Shown here: positions 30,001 through 53,496 of the stretch, piece after piece
Numbering within the stretch: the stretch's first letter is position 1
Layout: every line of letters starts with the position of its first letter
Assembly: GCA_964035545.1 (NCBI GenBank)
Contig: OZ037767.1
Coordinates: 31,822,628-31,886,627 of the forward strand
Source: Bugula neritina
Taxonomy: Eukaryota > Animalia > Bryozoa
Reading direction: 5' to 3'
DNA length: 64,000 nucleotides
Made by a program: the position numbers and the translations under genes
The notes under the pieces: model-generated
Seen by the model: the letters and a program-made list of their open reading frames with translations, nothing else
The model's database searches: none
Told to the model about the DNA's origin: nothing

Positions 30001-33000
30001 TCTACTTCTCCTCTCCTAGACAACGACCCCCGGGACAAGTACCACTACGAGCTCATCGTTTACACAGGAAGTCACGCTAGCTCAGGTAACACTATACTAG
30101 CTCAGGTAATACTATACTAGTTCAGGTAACAGTATACTAGCTCAGGTCACATTATACTAGCTCAGGTAACATTATACTAGCTCAGGTAACACTATACTAG
30201 CTCAGGTAACATTATACTAGCTCAGGTAACAGTATACTAGTTCAGGTAACATTATACTAGCTCAGGTAACAGTATACTAGCTCAGGTAACAGTATACTAG
30301 CTCAGGTAACAGTATACTAGTTCAGGTAACATTATACTAGCTCAGGTAACACTATACTAGCTCAGGTAACAGTATACTAGCTCAGGTAACACTACACTAG
30401 CTCAGGTAACACTATGCTAGCTCAGGTAACAGTATACTAGCTCAGGTAACAGTATACTAGCTCAGGTAACACTATACGTATATTGTTATTTATAGGAACT
30501 ACAGCCAAGGTTTCTGTGATATTCTCGGGAGACGAAGATGAGACGGCCCCTAGACTGCTGTTTGACGATAAGAAGACTGTCCTAGAGAAGGGCGGTATTG
30601 ACAGCTTCATCATGTCCTGTCCCCAGTCACTCGGCTCTCTCAACGTCGTACGGTGAGGGGGGATCCTGTAGTCCTGTAGATTCTACTCAGTAATACCTAG
30701 AACATGGGCTAAGTAATTCAATATATCTTTTAGTTACTTGTTGTAACAGAGTGTGTTGATTGTGTTTTAGAATATGGCATGACAACTCTGGGGCGAAACC
30801 CGGCTGGTTTTTTTCAAGGATGCAAGTTACAGACCTCCAGACTGGAGAGAAGTTCTTCTTTGTTCTTGACAGGTGGTTGGCCGTGGACCAAGATGATGGC
30901 TGCGTGAGTCACTTGACAGTCTCCAACTGTCTTTCTACTTTGTAACTACACTGTAACTACACTGTAACTACCCTGTAACTACTCTGTAACTACCCTGTAA
31001 CTACTATGTAACTACTATGTAACTACTCTGTAACTACCCTGTAACTACTCTGTAACTACTCTGTAACTACTCTGTAACTACTCTGTAACTACTCTGTAAC
31101 TACTCTGTAACTACTCTCTAACTACTCTGTAACTACTCTGTAACTACTATGTAACTACTCTGTAACTACTCTGTAACTACTCTGTAACTACTCTCTAACT
31201 ACTCTGTAACTACTCTGTAACTACTCTGTAACTACACTGTAACTACTCTCTAACTACTCTGTAACTATATTGTAACTACTCTGTAACTACTCTGTAACTA
31301 CTCTGTAACTACACTGTAACTACACTGTAACTACTCTGTAACTACTCTGTAACTACCCTGTAACTACACTGCAACTACTCTCTAACTACTGAGATACTAT
31401 CTACCAACAGATTGACAGAGTGGTGCCAGTGGCTGGAAAGGAAGAGCTCACTAACTTCAATCTAATATTCTGGAGCAGAGCCAAGAAGGACATCACAGAT
31501 GGTCACATCTGGTTCAGTGTGTTTGGTCGTCCTCATCGAAGCAGATTCACAAGAATACAACGACTCACCTGCTGTCTGTCGCTGCTTTTCTGCACCATGT
31601 TTGCCAACATCTACTTTTACCAGGCCGATGACGGCGCCGTCCCTTCCCCTGGTATACAGGTGAGTTGTTACCTCATTTCTCAGACACTTCTCTGTCAGTT
31701 GTGTTCTGTTTAACCTGTTTGAGACAACCCAGCTATTGCACAGTTTCATTTCTATATCATTGCATTAAAAGTAATAAGATAATCTAGCATTTGTTTTATT
31801 TCTGTGACTTTGATGTAGGAGAATAGCCGTCCAGAAGGCTGGTTGTTTTCGGTAAATAATCTGTATCTGTTTCTGTTGTTGTCCCTCTTTGATGTTGTGA
31901 TACTTTATATATCTATATACTATGTTTATTGTTACATTATATATGTATATATCTATGTTTATTGTTACATTATATATCTATATACTGTGTTTATTGTTAC
32001 ATTATATATGTATTTACTATGTTTATTGTTACATTATTTATGTATATACTATTTTTATTGATACATTATATATCTATATATCTATTATATTGGTATTGTC
32101 AGCTTGGTCCGATTTCCTTTACAATACAAGGACTACTGACGGGCATCTACGCTTCTCTTATCGTATTTCCTGTCAACTTGCTCGTCGTCATGGTGTTCCG
32201 GTACAGTGCTCAGAGAAAGAGGTCTCTCCCTCAAGCTGTGAAGGTATGTCCCACCTTGTAAACTGTGTCCCACCTTGTAAACTGTGTCCCACCTTGTAAA
32301 CTGTGTCCCACCTTGTAAACTATGTCCCACCTTGTAAACTATGTCCCACCTTGTAAACTATGTCTCACCTTGTAAACTATGTCCCACCTTGTAAACTATG
32401 TCCCACCTTGTAAACTATGTCCCACCTTGTAAACTGTGTCCCACCTTGTAAACTATGTCCCACCTTATGAACTGTGTCCCACCTTATGAACTGTGTCCCA
32501 CCTTGTAAGCAAGGTGTGTGTAGGCTAATTTCATAACTCTGTAAATAAACCAAGCCTAGCCTGTGTTCTAATTGTGGCCATTACTGTTACATACTCAGGC
32601 TCAGAAAGAGTTTGATGATGCAGTTACTCGGTCTACACTGGAGCTGCGTCAACAGGCCGAGTATCTCAACACTGGTAACGATAACAACAGGCTATTGACT
32701 GACCTTGACACCACAGCTGTGGATAACTGGGGTTCGCCCGGCGATAACAAGAAGCAGGTGAGTGAGATACTGATAGTGAGTGAGATACTGATAGTGAGTG
32801 AGATACTGATAGTGAGTGAGATACTGATAGTGAGTGAGATACTGATAGTGAGTGAGATACTGATAGTGAGTGAGATACTGATAGTGAGTGAGATACTGAT
32901 AGTGAGTGAGATACTGATAGTGAGTGAGATACTGATAGTGAGTGAGATACTGATAGTGAGTGAGATACTGATAGTGAGTGAGATACTGATAGTGAGTGAG

Positions 33001-36000
33001 ATACTGATAGTGAGTGAAATACTGATAGTGAGTGAGATACTGATAGTGAGTGAAATACTGATAGTGAGTGAGAACTGCCCAGTGACCTTTATTGCTACTA
33101 TTCTTGACAGAAGAAGAAATTTTTGCTGCCCTGGTGGTTTATCATTGTCGGCTATATCCTCTGTCTCGGCAGCATTGGCTGGAGTTTCTACGCTGTTGTC
33201 AGCGTGGCTTTCGGATTTGGTCCAAAGAAAGCTGGTGAATGGTTGGCCTCTTTCTGCATGTCTTTCTTTGAGTCTGTTTTCTTTACTCAGCCAATAAAGG
33301 TGAGATTACTAATAACTCAGTTGCATCGAGGTCTACGCTTGTGTTCTCCTATCTATGCTCTATACTGTTTATGGGGCCTGCACCTATAGAAATTAGGCAA
33401 TATTATGATCACAGTCTAATTTTTGCTGCACATCAATATTGGATGAGCACTGATATACTCGTCATACCCTATGTCACACTTTATGTCATGCTTTATGTCA
33501 CACTTTATGTCATGCTTTATGTCACATTTTATGTCATGCTTTATGTCACACTTTATGTCACGCTGTGTGTCATACTTTATGTCACACTTTATGTCATGCT
33601 TTATGTCACACTGTGTGTCATACTTTATGTCACACTTTATGTCATGCTTTATGTCACACTTTATGTCATGCTTTATGTCACACTGTGTGTCATACTTTAT
33701 GTCACACTTTATGTCATGCTTTATGTCACACTTTATGTCATGCTTTATGTCACACTTTATGTCATGCTTTATGTCACATTTTATGTCATACTTCATGTCA
33801 CATTTTATGTCACCTGACCAGGTCCTGGGACTGGCTGCTTTCTACGCTCTGGTGATCAAGTCTCCTGCAGTTGAAGATGATGATGAAAGAGATCCAGAGT
33901 TGCAGAAAGACGAGGTTTACATTCACCAACACAAGAGAGCTAAAGACATAAACGATCCCAAGTTCAGAAGAAGGTTACGGAGGTTTACGAAGATCCCGCT
34001 GCCTCCGAGTGAAGAGTACCTGAAGGCAGCGCGAGCCCTGCGACTGAAGGAGGTGAAAATGATGAACTTGCTAAAGGAAATGGCCATCTACATCCTGTTT
34101 GTCTACCTGCTTATCATGGTGGGCTACAGCAACCGCGACCCCTGGGCTCACCACTTCTACAAGAATGTCAAGAATCTGGCAGCGCATGGTCACTGGGCTC
34201 CCAACAGCACTGGCTTTGACATCGCAAATGTAGGTCACGACTTTCCCATCTTAGCTGTATATACTTACCTAGCTGTAGCTGTGTATACTTGCCTAGCTGT
34301 AGCTGTATATACTTACCTAGCTGTAGCTGTATATACTTACCTAGCTGTAGCTGTATATACTTACCTAGCTGTAGCTGTATATACTTACCTAGCTGTAGCT
34401 GTGTATACTTACCTAGCTATAGCTGTATATACTTACCTAGCTGTAGCTGTATATACTTACCTAGCTGTAGCTGTATATACTTACCTAGCTGTAGCTGTGT
34501 ATACTTACCTAGCTGTAGCTGTATATACTTACCTAGCTGTAGCTGTATATACTTACCTAACTGTAGCGGTGTATACTTACCTAGCTGTAGCTGTGTATAC
34601 TTACCTAGCTGTAGCTGTATATACTTACCTAGCTGTAGCTGTATATACTTACCTACTTATTGATGATGGTATATAATCTAGGTGAAGGACTACTCCAGTT
34701 TCTACAAGTGGCTGGAAAACACGTTCCTTTCATCCTACTACAGCGCAGAAGTTTACGACGGAGAGAGGCACTGGTGGACAACCAACTTCTCAGCAGACTA
34801 CAACTCTGTTCCCGTGGGCGTGCCTAGACTTCGCCAGCTCAGGACTAAAGACAGTAAGTGCTTACGAATCAGCTACATTCAAACCAACATTTAACTTGTA
34901 TATTGTGCTATATAAAGTAGATATGTAGATAGAGAGTAGATGGTATGTAGATATAGAGTAGATGGTATGTAGATAGAAAGTAGATGGTATGTAGATGTAG
35001 AGTAGATGTTGTATAGATGTAGAGTAGATGGTATGTAGATGTAGAGTAGATGGTATGTAGATAGAGAGTAGATGGTATGTAGATGTAGAGTAGATGTTGT
35101 ATAGATGTAGAGTAGATGGTATGTAGGTATAGCGTAGATGGTATGTAGATATAGAGTAGATGGTATGTAGATATAGAGTAGATGATGTATAGATGTAGAG
35201 TAAATGATATGTAGATATAGAGTAGATGTAGAGTAGATGGTATGTAGATATAGAGTAGATGGTATGTAGATAGAGAGTAGATGGTATGTAGATAGAGAGT
35301 AGATGGTATGTAGATGTAGAGTAGATGTTGTATAGATGTAGAGTAGATGGTATGTAGGTATAGCGTAGATGGTATGTAGATATAGAGTAGATGGTATGTA
35401 GATATAGAGTAGATGATGTATAGATGTAGAGTAAATGATATGTAGATATAGAGTAGATGTAGAGTAGATGGTATGTAGATATAGAGTAGATGGTATGTAT
35501 ATATAGAGTAGATGATGTATAGATGTAGAGTAGATGATATGTAGATATAGAGTAGTTGTAGAGTAGATGGTATGTAGATATAGAGTAGATGGTATGTAGA
35601 GTAGATGATATGTATATATAGAGTAGATGATGTATAGATGTAGAGTAGATGATATGTAGATATAGAGTAGATGTAGAGTAGATGATATGTACATATAGAG
35701 TAGATGTAGAGTAGATGGTATGTAGATATAGAGTAGATGTAGAGTTGTTTATGTTACAGTTCAGTGCCCGATGCCGTCTTACCGTTACTCTAAGAAGTGT
35801 GCTGTCGAGTACTCCTTAGCAGGGCAAGACACAGAGGATTATATAGAAGGGTGGAAGCCCCTTAATTTAACAGGTACTCAGTCTATACATTACGTCATCT
35901 ATGCAATAGTATTTGTAGGTGTGACCTTGACTATTGCGGTTTACCTCATTCTCACCATGCGTCTGTCTTCTGATCATTATACCGTATTTTAGACCCAGAG

Positions 36001-39000
36001 AAGGCTTTCCCTCACGAAGGGTTCAAATACAACACAAGTCAAAGTCTTAATGGTTTCCTCACATCTGGAACTCAAGCTATGTACAGTGGTGGCGGATATG
36101 TGTTTGAACTGTCACATATTCAAAGTGAAGCATACGAGGTATTCCTCCCTCTCTAACTAACTACTAGTTCTCTCTAACTAACTAATAGTTCTCTCTAACT
36201 AACTACTAGTTCTCTCTAACTAACTACTAGTTCTCTCTAACTAACTAATAGTTCTCTCTAACTAACTAATAGTTCTCTCTAACTAACTAATAGTTCTCTC
36301 TAACTAACTACTAGTTCTCTAACTAACTAATAGTTCTCTCTAACTAACTACTAGTTCTCTCTAACTAACTACTAGTTCTCTCTAACTAACTACTAGTTCT
36401 CTCTAACTAACTAATAGTTCTCTCTAACTAACTACTAGTTCTCTCTAACTAACTAATAGTTCTCTCTAACTAACTACTAGTTCTCTCTAACTAACTACTA
36501 GTTCTCTCTAGCTAACTACTAGTTCTCTCTAACTAACTAATAGTTCTCTCTAACTAACTACTAGTTCTCTCTAGCTAACTACTAGTTCTCTCTAACTAAC
36601 TAATAGTTCTCTCTAACTAACTAATAGTTCTCTCTAACTAACTACTAGTTCTCTCTAACTAACTAATAGTTCTCTCTAACTAACTACTAGTTCTCTCTAA
36701 CTAACTACTAGTTCTCTCTAACTAACTACTAGTTCTCTCTAACTAACTAATAGTTCTCTCTAACTAACTAATAGTTCTCTCTAACTAACTAATAGTTCTC
36801 TCTAACTAACTACTAGTTCTCTAACTAACTAATAGTTCTCTCTAACTAACTACTAGTTCTCTCTAACTAACTACTAGTTCTCTCTAACTAACTACTAGTT
36901 CTCTCTAACTAACTAATAGTTCTCTCTAACTAACTACTAGTTCTCTCTAACTAACTAATAGTTCTCTCTAACTAACTACTAGTTCTCTCTAACTAACTAC
37001 TAGTTCTCTCTAGCTAACTACTAGTTCTCTCTAACTAACTAATAGTTCTCTCTAACTAACTACTAGTTCTCTCTAGCTAACTACTAGTTCTCTCTAACTA
37101 ACTAATAGTTCTCTCTAACTAACTAATAGTTCTCTCTAACTAACTACTAGTTCTCTCTAACTAACTAATAGTTCTCTCTAACTAACTACTAGTTCTCTCT
37201 AACTAACTACTAGTTCTCTCTAACTAACTACTAGTTCTCTCTAACTAACTAATAGTTCTCTCTAACTAACTACTAGTTCTCTCTAGCTAACTACTAGTTC
37301 TCTCTAACTGGTATTTCTCTCTTTCTCCCTCTATTCTCTCTTTTTTTCTCTCACTCATTCACTCAGCCACTCACTCACTCACTCACTCACTCGCTCGCTC
37401 ACTCACTCACTTACAGTCTAGCTGACCGTGTGTTTTGTTGCTTCCAGAGGGTGACTTACTTGAAACAGATAGAATGGCTTGACCCTCAGACTAGAGGAGT
37501 GTTTGTAGAGTTTAATTTGTACAACTCAGCAGTCAACCTCTTTGCTGTCTCTTATATTCTCTTTGAGTTCTTGGGAACTGGAGGTAAGAAACTTTACCAA
37601 CTTGTTCAAATTAGTGTCTATCAAATAATATTTACATACTGGGCTATTATATAGTGTTACACTTTAGACTTTGTTCTATATTGTGTTACACTCTAGCCTC
37701 TGTTCTGTGTTGTGTTACACTTTAGCCTACGTTCTATGTTGTGTTACACTCTAGCCTACGTTTTATGTTGTGTTACACTCTAGCCTCTGTTCTGTGTTGT
37801 GTTACCCTCTAGCCTACGTTCTATGTTGTGTTACACTTTAGCCTACGTTCTATGTTGTGTTACACTCTAGCCTACGTTCTATGTTGTGTTACACTCTAGC
37901 CTACGTTCTATGTTGTGTTACACTTTAGCCTACGTTCTATGTTACGCTTTGTGTTCCAGCTGTGGAGGCCTCCTACAAAGTGCAAGTGTTTCGGCTGGAT
38001 AGGTACATTGGGTCACAGGCTCTGACGGCTATCGTGGCAGAGGTCCTCACCACCCTCTTCTTCATCTTCTATTTAGTGAGAGAAGTCAAAAGCATACGGC
38101 GGTTGAAGAAGGAATATTTCAAGGTACGTGCATTCTCAGGGTTGTCCGTTCAACTCTTACTGGTACGTCTGCTAATGTGACCTTTAACCTTTTTAGTTAA
38201 TATTCTATATCTCACTATTTCTACATGATTACAGAGTGCTTGGAACAAGTTTGAAATCTTGGTGTTGGCTGGCTGTTTCTTCTCCCTCATAATCTACATT
38301 GCTAGACTCGTCATCGGTCTAACTACTATGAAGAGGTTTCGGGAGAACAAGACAATATTTCATAATTTTCAGATGGCTTCGGGCATTGATGAGGTGAATT
38401 ATTTGTTAAGATAATATAGTCGTATTACTAGATATATGCTATTGTGTAGTTGTATAATATAGTCGTATTACTAGATATATGCTATTGTGTAGTTGTATAA
38501 TATAGTCGTATTACTAGATATATGCTATTGTGTAGTTGTATAATATAGTCGTATTACTAGATATATGCTATTGTGTAGTTGTATAATATAGTCGTATTAC
38601 TAGATATATGCTACTGTGTAGCCGTATAATATAGTCGTATTACTAGATATATGCTACTGTGTAGTCGTATAATATAGTCGTATAATATAGTCCTATTACT
38701 AGATTATATATGCTGGTGTATTTGTAGATATACGGGTTTACTATTGCCTTCATTCTCTTCGCGGCTACCGTCAAGTTTACCAAACTACTCAGGTTCAACA
38801 AACGAATCATGACCCTCGCCATCTCCATGGTGGGAATACTGAAACCTCTCATCTCCTTCAGTCTGGTGTTTGGTGTCACTTTCTTTGCCTTTGCCCAGAT
38901 GTCTTACATGATCTTTGTCAACTCTTTGCTAGAGTTTAGCACCTTCATGAACTCTGCTAACACCCTGTTCTCTATGATGTTGAGTGAGTCTTGTCTCCTA

Positions 39001-39770
39001 TATACTATATACTATATACTATATGCTATATACTATGCTATATACTATACACTACATACTATGCTATATACTATATACTATGCTATATACTATGCTATAT
39101 ACTATGCTAAAGTATACTAATTGTCTTACTTTATTCTCGTAGACAAATTTGACTACCCTGTGTTAGAAGCTGCCAACCCTGTGTTTGCTCCAATCATATT
39201 TCTTGCCTTTGTGTTGATGATGACAATGACTCTACTTAACTTCATGGTCACAATTATACTCGACACGTACACGGAGATTCGGGATGAGCTCATGCAGCAG
39301 GTAATATATATGATAGAGTACAGAGTATATATGATAGCATACAGAGTATATATGATAGAGTACAGAGTATATATAATAGCATACAGAGTATATATAATAT
39401 GATACAGGAAAACGAGTACGAAATGGTGTCATTCATAACCGGCCGAATTAAAGGATTGTTCGGCGCTGCACCTCCACCTGATTTGCCAAAGATGAGAAGT
39501 GAAAATGAAGGTTTTGTTGATGGTAAGATTGTTATTATCACGTGCCAGAGATAGACTGTTATTCTTGGGTTGCCATAGAAACTAAATGTTAATTATTACT
39601 CGACAGACAAAGACGTGGAGTTGTCTTCTCGAATCGAAGAGCTGATGGAGAGGTTCATGGACATCGTGGTCTCCGACCCTCGACAGAGAGAGCTGGCAAA
39701 CGCCTTCGAGCAGAGAAAGAAGTTTCTGAAGCGAGGTGTTGGAATCAACAAGAAAATTGTTAGCGGATAA
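140..39770 (+). CDS. Polycystin-1 family protein (PKD1-like/REJ-type), multi-exon (about 55-60 exons), 5' end outside the window
   Basis: GT-AG exons join in phase. PKD repeats: [25 protein letters not shown] (140-333) and YTWDFGD..HQYKYVG|[13 protein letters not shown] (10105-10267/15714-15923). REJ motifs: [59 protein letters not shown]-like exon 29018-29198. TM1 [20 protein letters not shown]: [50 protein letters not shown]. Polycystin/TOP domain: [30 protein letters not shown]. Channel S5-S6 at 38730-39300. Stop TAA 39768-39770. Confidence 0.95.
343..1732. repeat. Intronic minisatellite, 23-bp unit GTATAACACATTATATCCTTGTA (~60 copies)
   Basis: Direct reading; starts 9 nt after the donor at 334. 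Confidence 0.97.
2010..2810. repeat. Intronic AT-rich satellite, ~14-bp unit AGTATAGTATATAT(G/A)
   Basis: Direct reading. Confidence 0.9.
2990..3195 (+). repeat. 32-bp tandem repeat containing the exon end and 5' splice site
   Basis: Unit TCTCATATACTTCTCTATTG|GTTAGTTGATTA, ~6 copies. Confidence 0.92.
3385..3758. repeat. Intronic minisatellite, 21-bp unit TATGAATATGATATACTACTG
   Basis: Direct reading. Confidence 0.97.
4984..5358. repeat. Intronic minisatellite, ~72-bp unit
   Basis: AGTGTATTCTCTCTACACCATATACTCTG... about 5 copies. Confidence 0.9.
6520..7069 (-). mobile_element. Solo LTR (about 550 bp), probably Gypsy-type
   Basis: Termini TGTGAT...ATTACA. 4-bp TSD TTAC (6516-6519 and 7070-7073). 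Interrupts a ~39-bp minisatellite that resumes exactly after it. Homologous, in reverse complement, to 42592-43233. Confidence 0.8.
7963..8975. repeat. Intronic minisatellite, 27-bp unit CTCAGTCTATGAAATATATATAGTATA
   Basis: Direct reading; starts immediately after the GTGAGT donor. Confidence 0.97.
9620..10050. repeat. Intronic minisatellite, 18-bp unit GTCACAGTATCAGAGTGT
   Basis: Direct reading. Confidence 0.97.
10247..10412 (+). repeat. 44-bp tandem repeat containing the exon end and 5' splice site (x4)
   Basis: CTCATCAGTATAAATATGTTG|GTAAGTTTGCTATTATCTCACCA. Confidence 0.95.
10631..15081 (-). CDS. ACSL3/4: Long-chain fatty acyl-CoA ligase (ACSL3/4-like), about 10 exons, nested antisense in a polycystin intron
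   Basis: Approximate exons: 14936-15081, 14160-14293, 13895-14020, 13242-13413, 12995-13117, 12667-12895, 12006-12193, 11239-11887, 10897-11118, 10631-10804. Motifs: [37 protein letters not shown] (AMP-binding loop), [50 protein letters not shown]. The start codon is uncertain (first in-frame ATG at 15081). Confidence 0.92.
12265..12655. repeat. Minisatellite in an ACSL intron, 20-bp unit CTCTACTCTCTCATAACTAA
   Basis: Direct reading. Confidence 0.97.
14310..14895. repeat. Minisatellite in an ACSL intron, 21-bp unit GTACTAATAGTACTCACAGTT
   Basis: Direct reading. Confidence 0.97.
16280..16481. repeat. 202-bp near-perfect palindrome (99-bp arms, 4-nt centre)
   Basis: 16280-16378 is the reverse complement of 16383-16481. 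The ORF track gives the same peptide on both strands. (TA)n tracts at ~16199-16216 and 16481-16562. Confidence 0.97.
16650..17292 (+). repeat. 53-bp tandem repeat containing the 3' splice site and exon start (x12)
   Basis: ...TATTATTATATTACAG|ATGACCTACATTACATATA...; only the last copy continues into the exon ([15 protein letters not shown]). Confidence 0.95.
17623..17855 (+). repeat. 59-bp tandem repeat containing the exon end and 5' splice site (x4)
   Basis: CTACCATAGTGTCCATCAACGAG|GTTAGTTATCATATAG... Confidence 0.95.
20010..20440. repeat. Intronic satellite, ~15-bp unit CTGCTATACCGTATA
   Basis: Direct reading. Confidence 0.95.
20945..21208. repeat. Intronic minisatellite, 21-bp unit TAGTAGTCACATGACATAGTA
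   Basis: Direct reading. Confidence 0.95.
23128..23762. repeat. Intronic minisatellite, 20-bp unit AGCAATACTGTGTAGTAACT
   Basis: Direct reading. Confidence 0.97.
24588..25833. repeat. Intronic minisatellite (~28-bp unit) whose 3' part is inverted
   Basis: GTTATACCTAACAGTT(T)ATATAACATGT up to ~25590, then reverse-complement variant units. Confidence 0.92.
25990..27370. repeat. Three intronic arrays: 22-bp TAGTGTGTGCTATAACTATAT(A/T), a ~40-bp AT-rich unit, and 21-bp TAGTATAGTGAGTACGTCTGC
   Basis: 25990-26356, 26495-26790 and 26855-27370; a small exon at ~26396-26475 lies between the first two. Confidence 0.9.
29018..29198 (+). other. GPS-motif exon of the polycystin gene (atypical, no HL|T)
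   Basis: Translates [60 protein letters not shown]; the preceding exon ends [11 protein letters not shown]. Confidence 0.85.
29220..29820. repeat. Intronic minisatellite, 22-bp unit TAGTATATGATAGTCATACGTG
   Basis: Direct reading. Confidence 0.97.
29840..30903 (+). other. TM1 and PLAT/LH2 domain exons of the polycystin gene
   Basis: Exons ~29840-30085, 30496-30652 and 30771-30903 give [27 protein letters not shown]...[29 protein letters not shown]...[11 protein letters not shown]. Confidence 0.92.
30077..30477 (+). repeat. 20-bp tandem repeat containing the 5' splice site CTAGCTCAG|GTAACACTATA (~20 copies)
   Basis: The first copy is the real exon end (..HASS-G). Confidence 0.97.
30941..31390. 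repeat. Intronic satellite, 11-bp unit TGTAACTACTC
   Basis: Direct reading. Confidence 0.97.
32245..32508. repeat. Intronic minisatellite, 19-bp unit TGTCCCACCTTGTAAACT(G/A)
   Basis: Starts at the donor AAG|GTATGTCCC. Confidence 0.95.
32758..33072 (+). repeat. 18-bp unit GTGAGTGAGATACTGATA starting at intron position +1 (~17 copies)
   Basis: Every unit begins with GTGAGT. Confidence 0.97.
33470..33812. repeat. Intronic satellite, 12/24-bp unit TTTATGTCACAC-TTTATGTCATGC
   Basis: Direct reading. Confidence 0.95.
34250..34657. repeat. Intronic minisatellite, 24-bp unit TAGCTGTAGCTGTATATACTTACC
   Basis: Direct reading. Confidence 0.97.
34915..35745. repeat. Intronic satellite, ~22-bp unit GTAGATGGTATGTAGATATAGA
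   Basis: Direct reading. Confidence 0.93.
36150..37308. repeat. Intronic minisatellite, 21-bp unit CTCTCTAACTAACTACTAGTT
   Basis: Direct reading; ~500-bp higher-order duplication. Confidence 0.97.
37655..37942. repeat. Intronic minisatellite, 29-bp unit GTGTTACACTCTAGCCTACGTTCTATGTT
   Basis: Direct reading. Confidence 0.95.
38412..38700. repeat. Intronic minisatellite, ~43-bp unit
   Basis: TAATATAGTCGTATTACTAGATATATGCTATTGTGTAGTTGTA repeated ~6 times. Confidence 0.93.
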
Positions 39771-39981
39771 AGTGGCGTGTGATTTGGGTTAAATATAAAA
39801 CTGTATTTCTACTAGTATGCACTAACACTGGGACTTCTCTTCTTCATTATTACCTTATTATATGTGTGTTCTTAATTCTACCTGTTTTTTCACATGAGCA
39901 TATATTTTTTTAAAAATGACAATGCCTAAAGCGCAGCAAAGTTGATTTTATTTTATATCTTTTTAAGTTTATTTTGGCATA

Positions 39982-39987
39982 AATAAA
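39982..39987 (+). promoter_or_regulatory. Candidate polyadenylation signal (AATAAA) of the polycystin gene
   Basis: AATAAA about 210 nt after the stop codon at 39770. Confidence 0.5.
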
Positions 39988-40226
39988 ACCAAAATCAAAA
40001 TTGGCCCTACTCTGCTTGAATATTTAATATGTGTGATTTACAGGCATGTGAACTAACATTGATAGCTATGGGATAATACGTCACTTGTGACACTTCATAA
40101 ATAAGATGTATCACTCCACTGTTAGCGATACTTACACAAGTCACAACTAATTACAAAGTTGGTGTAATGTGCTGTGATAACTATAATATAACTTGTCAGC
40201 TAGCGTTAATTTTTCCACATAAATAT

Positions 40227-53496
<13,270 letters not shown>

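Noticed and set aside
30077-30495. Intron newly created by AGGT tandem duplication
   Set aside because: The working acceptor (TTATAG at ~30495) lies outside the array, so the array does not supply both intron ends.
140-39770. Several separate genes (PKD-domain protein, REJ protein, PKD2 channel)
   Set aside because: Domain order and the exon phases checked fit one polycystin-1-type gene; no internal stop or new start was found, though not every junction was verified.
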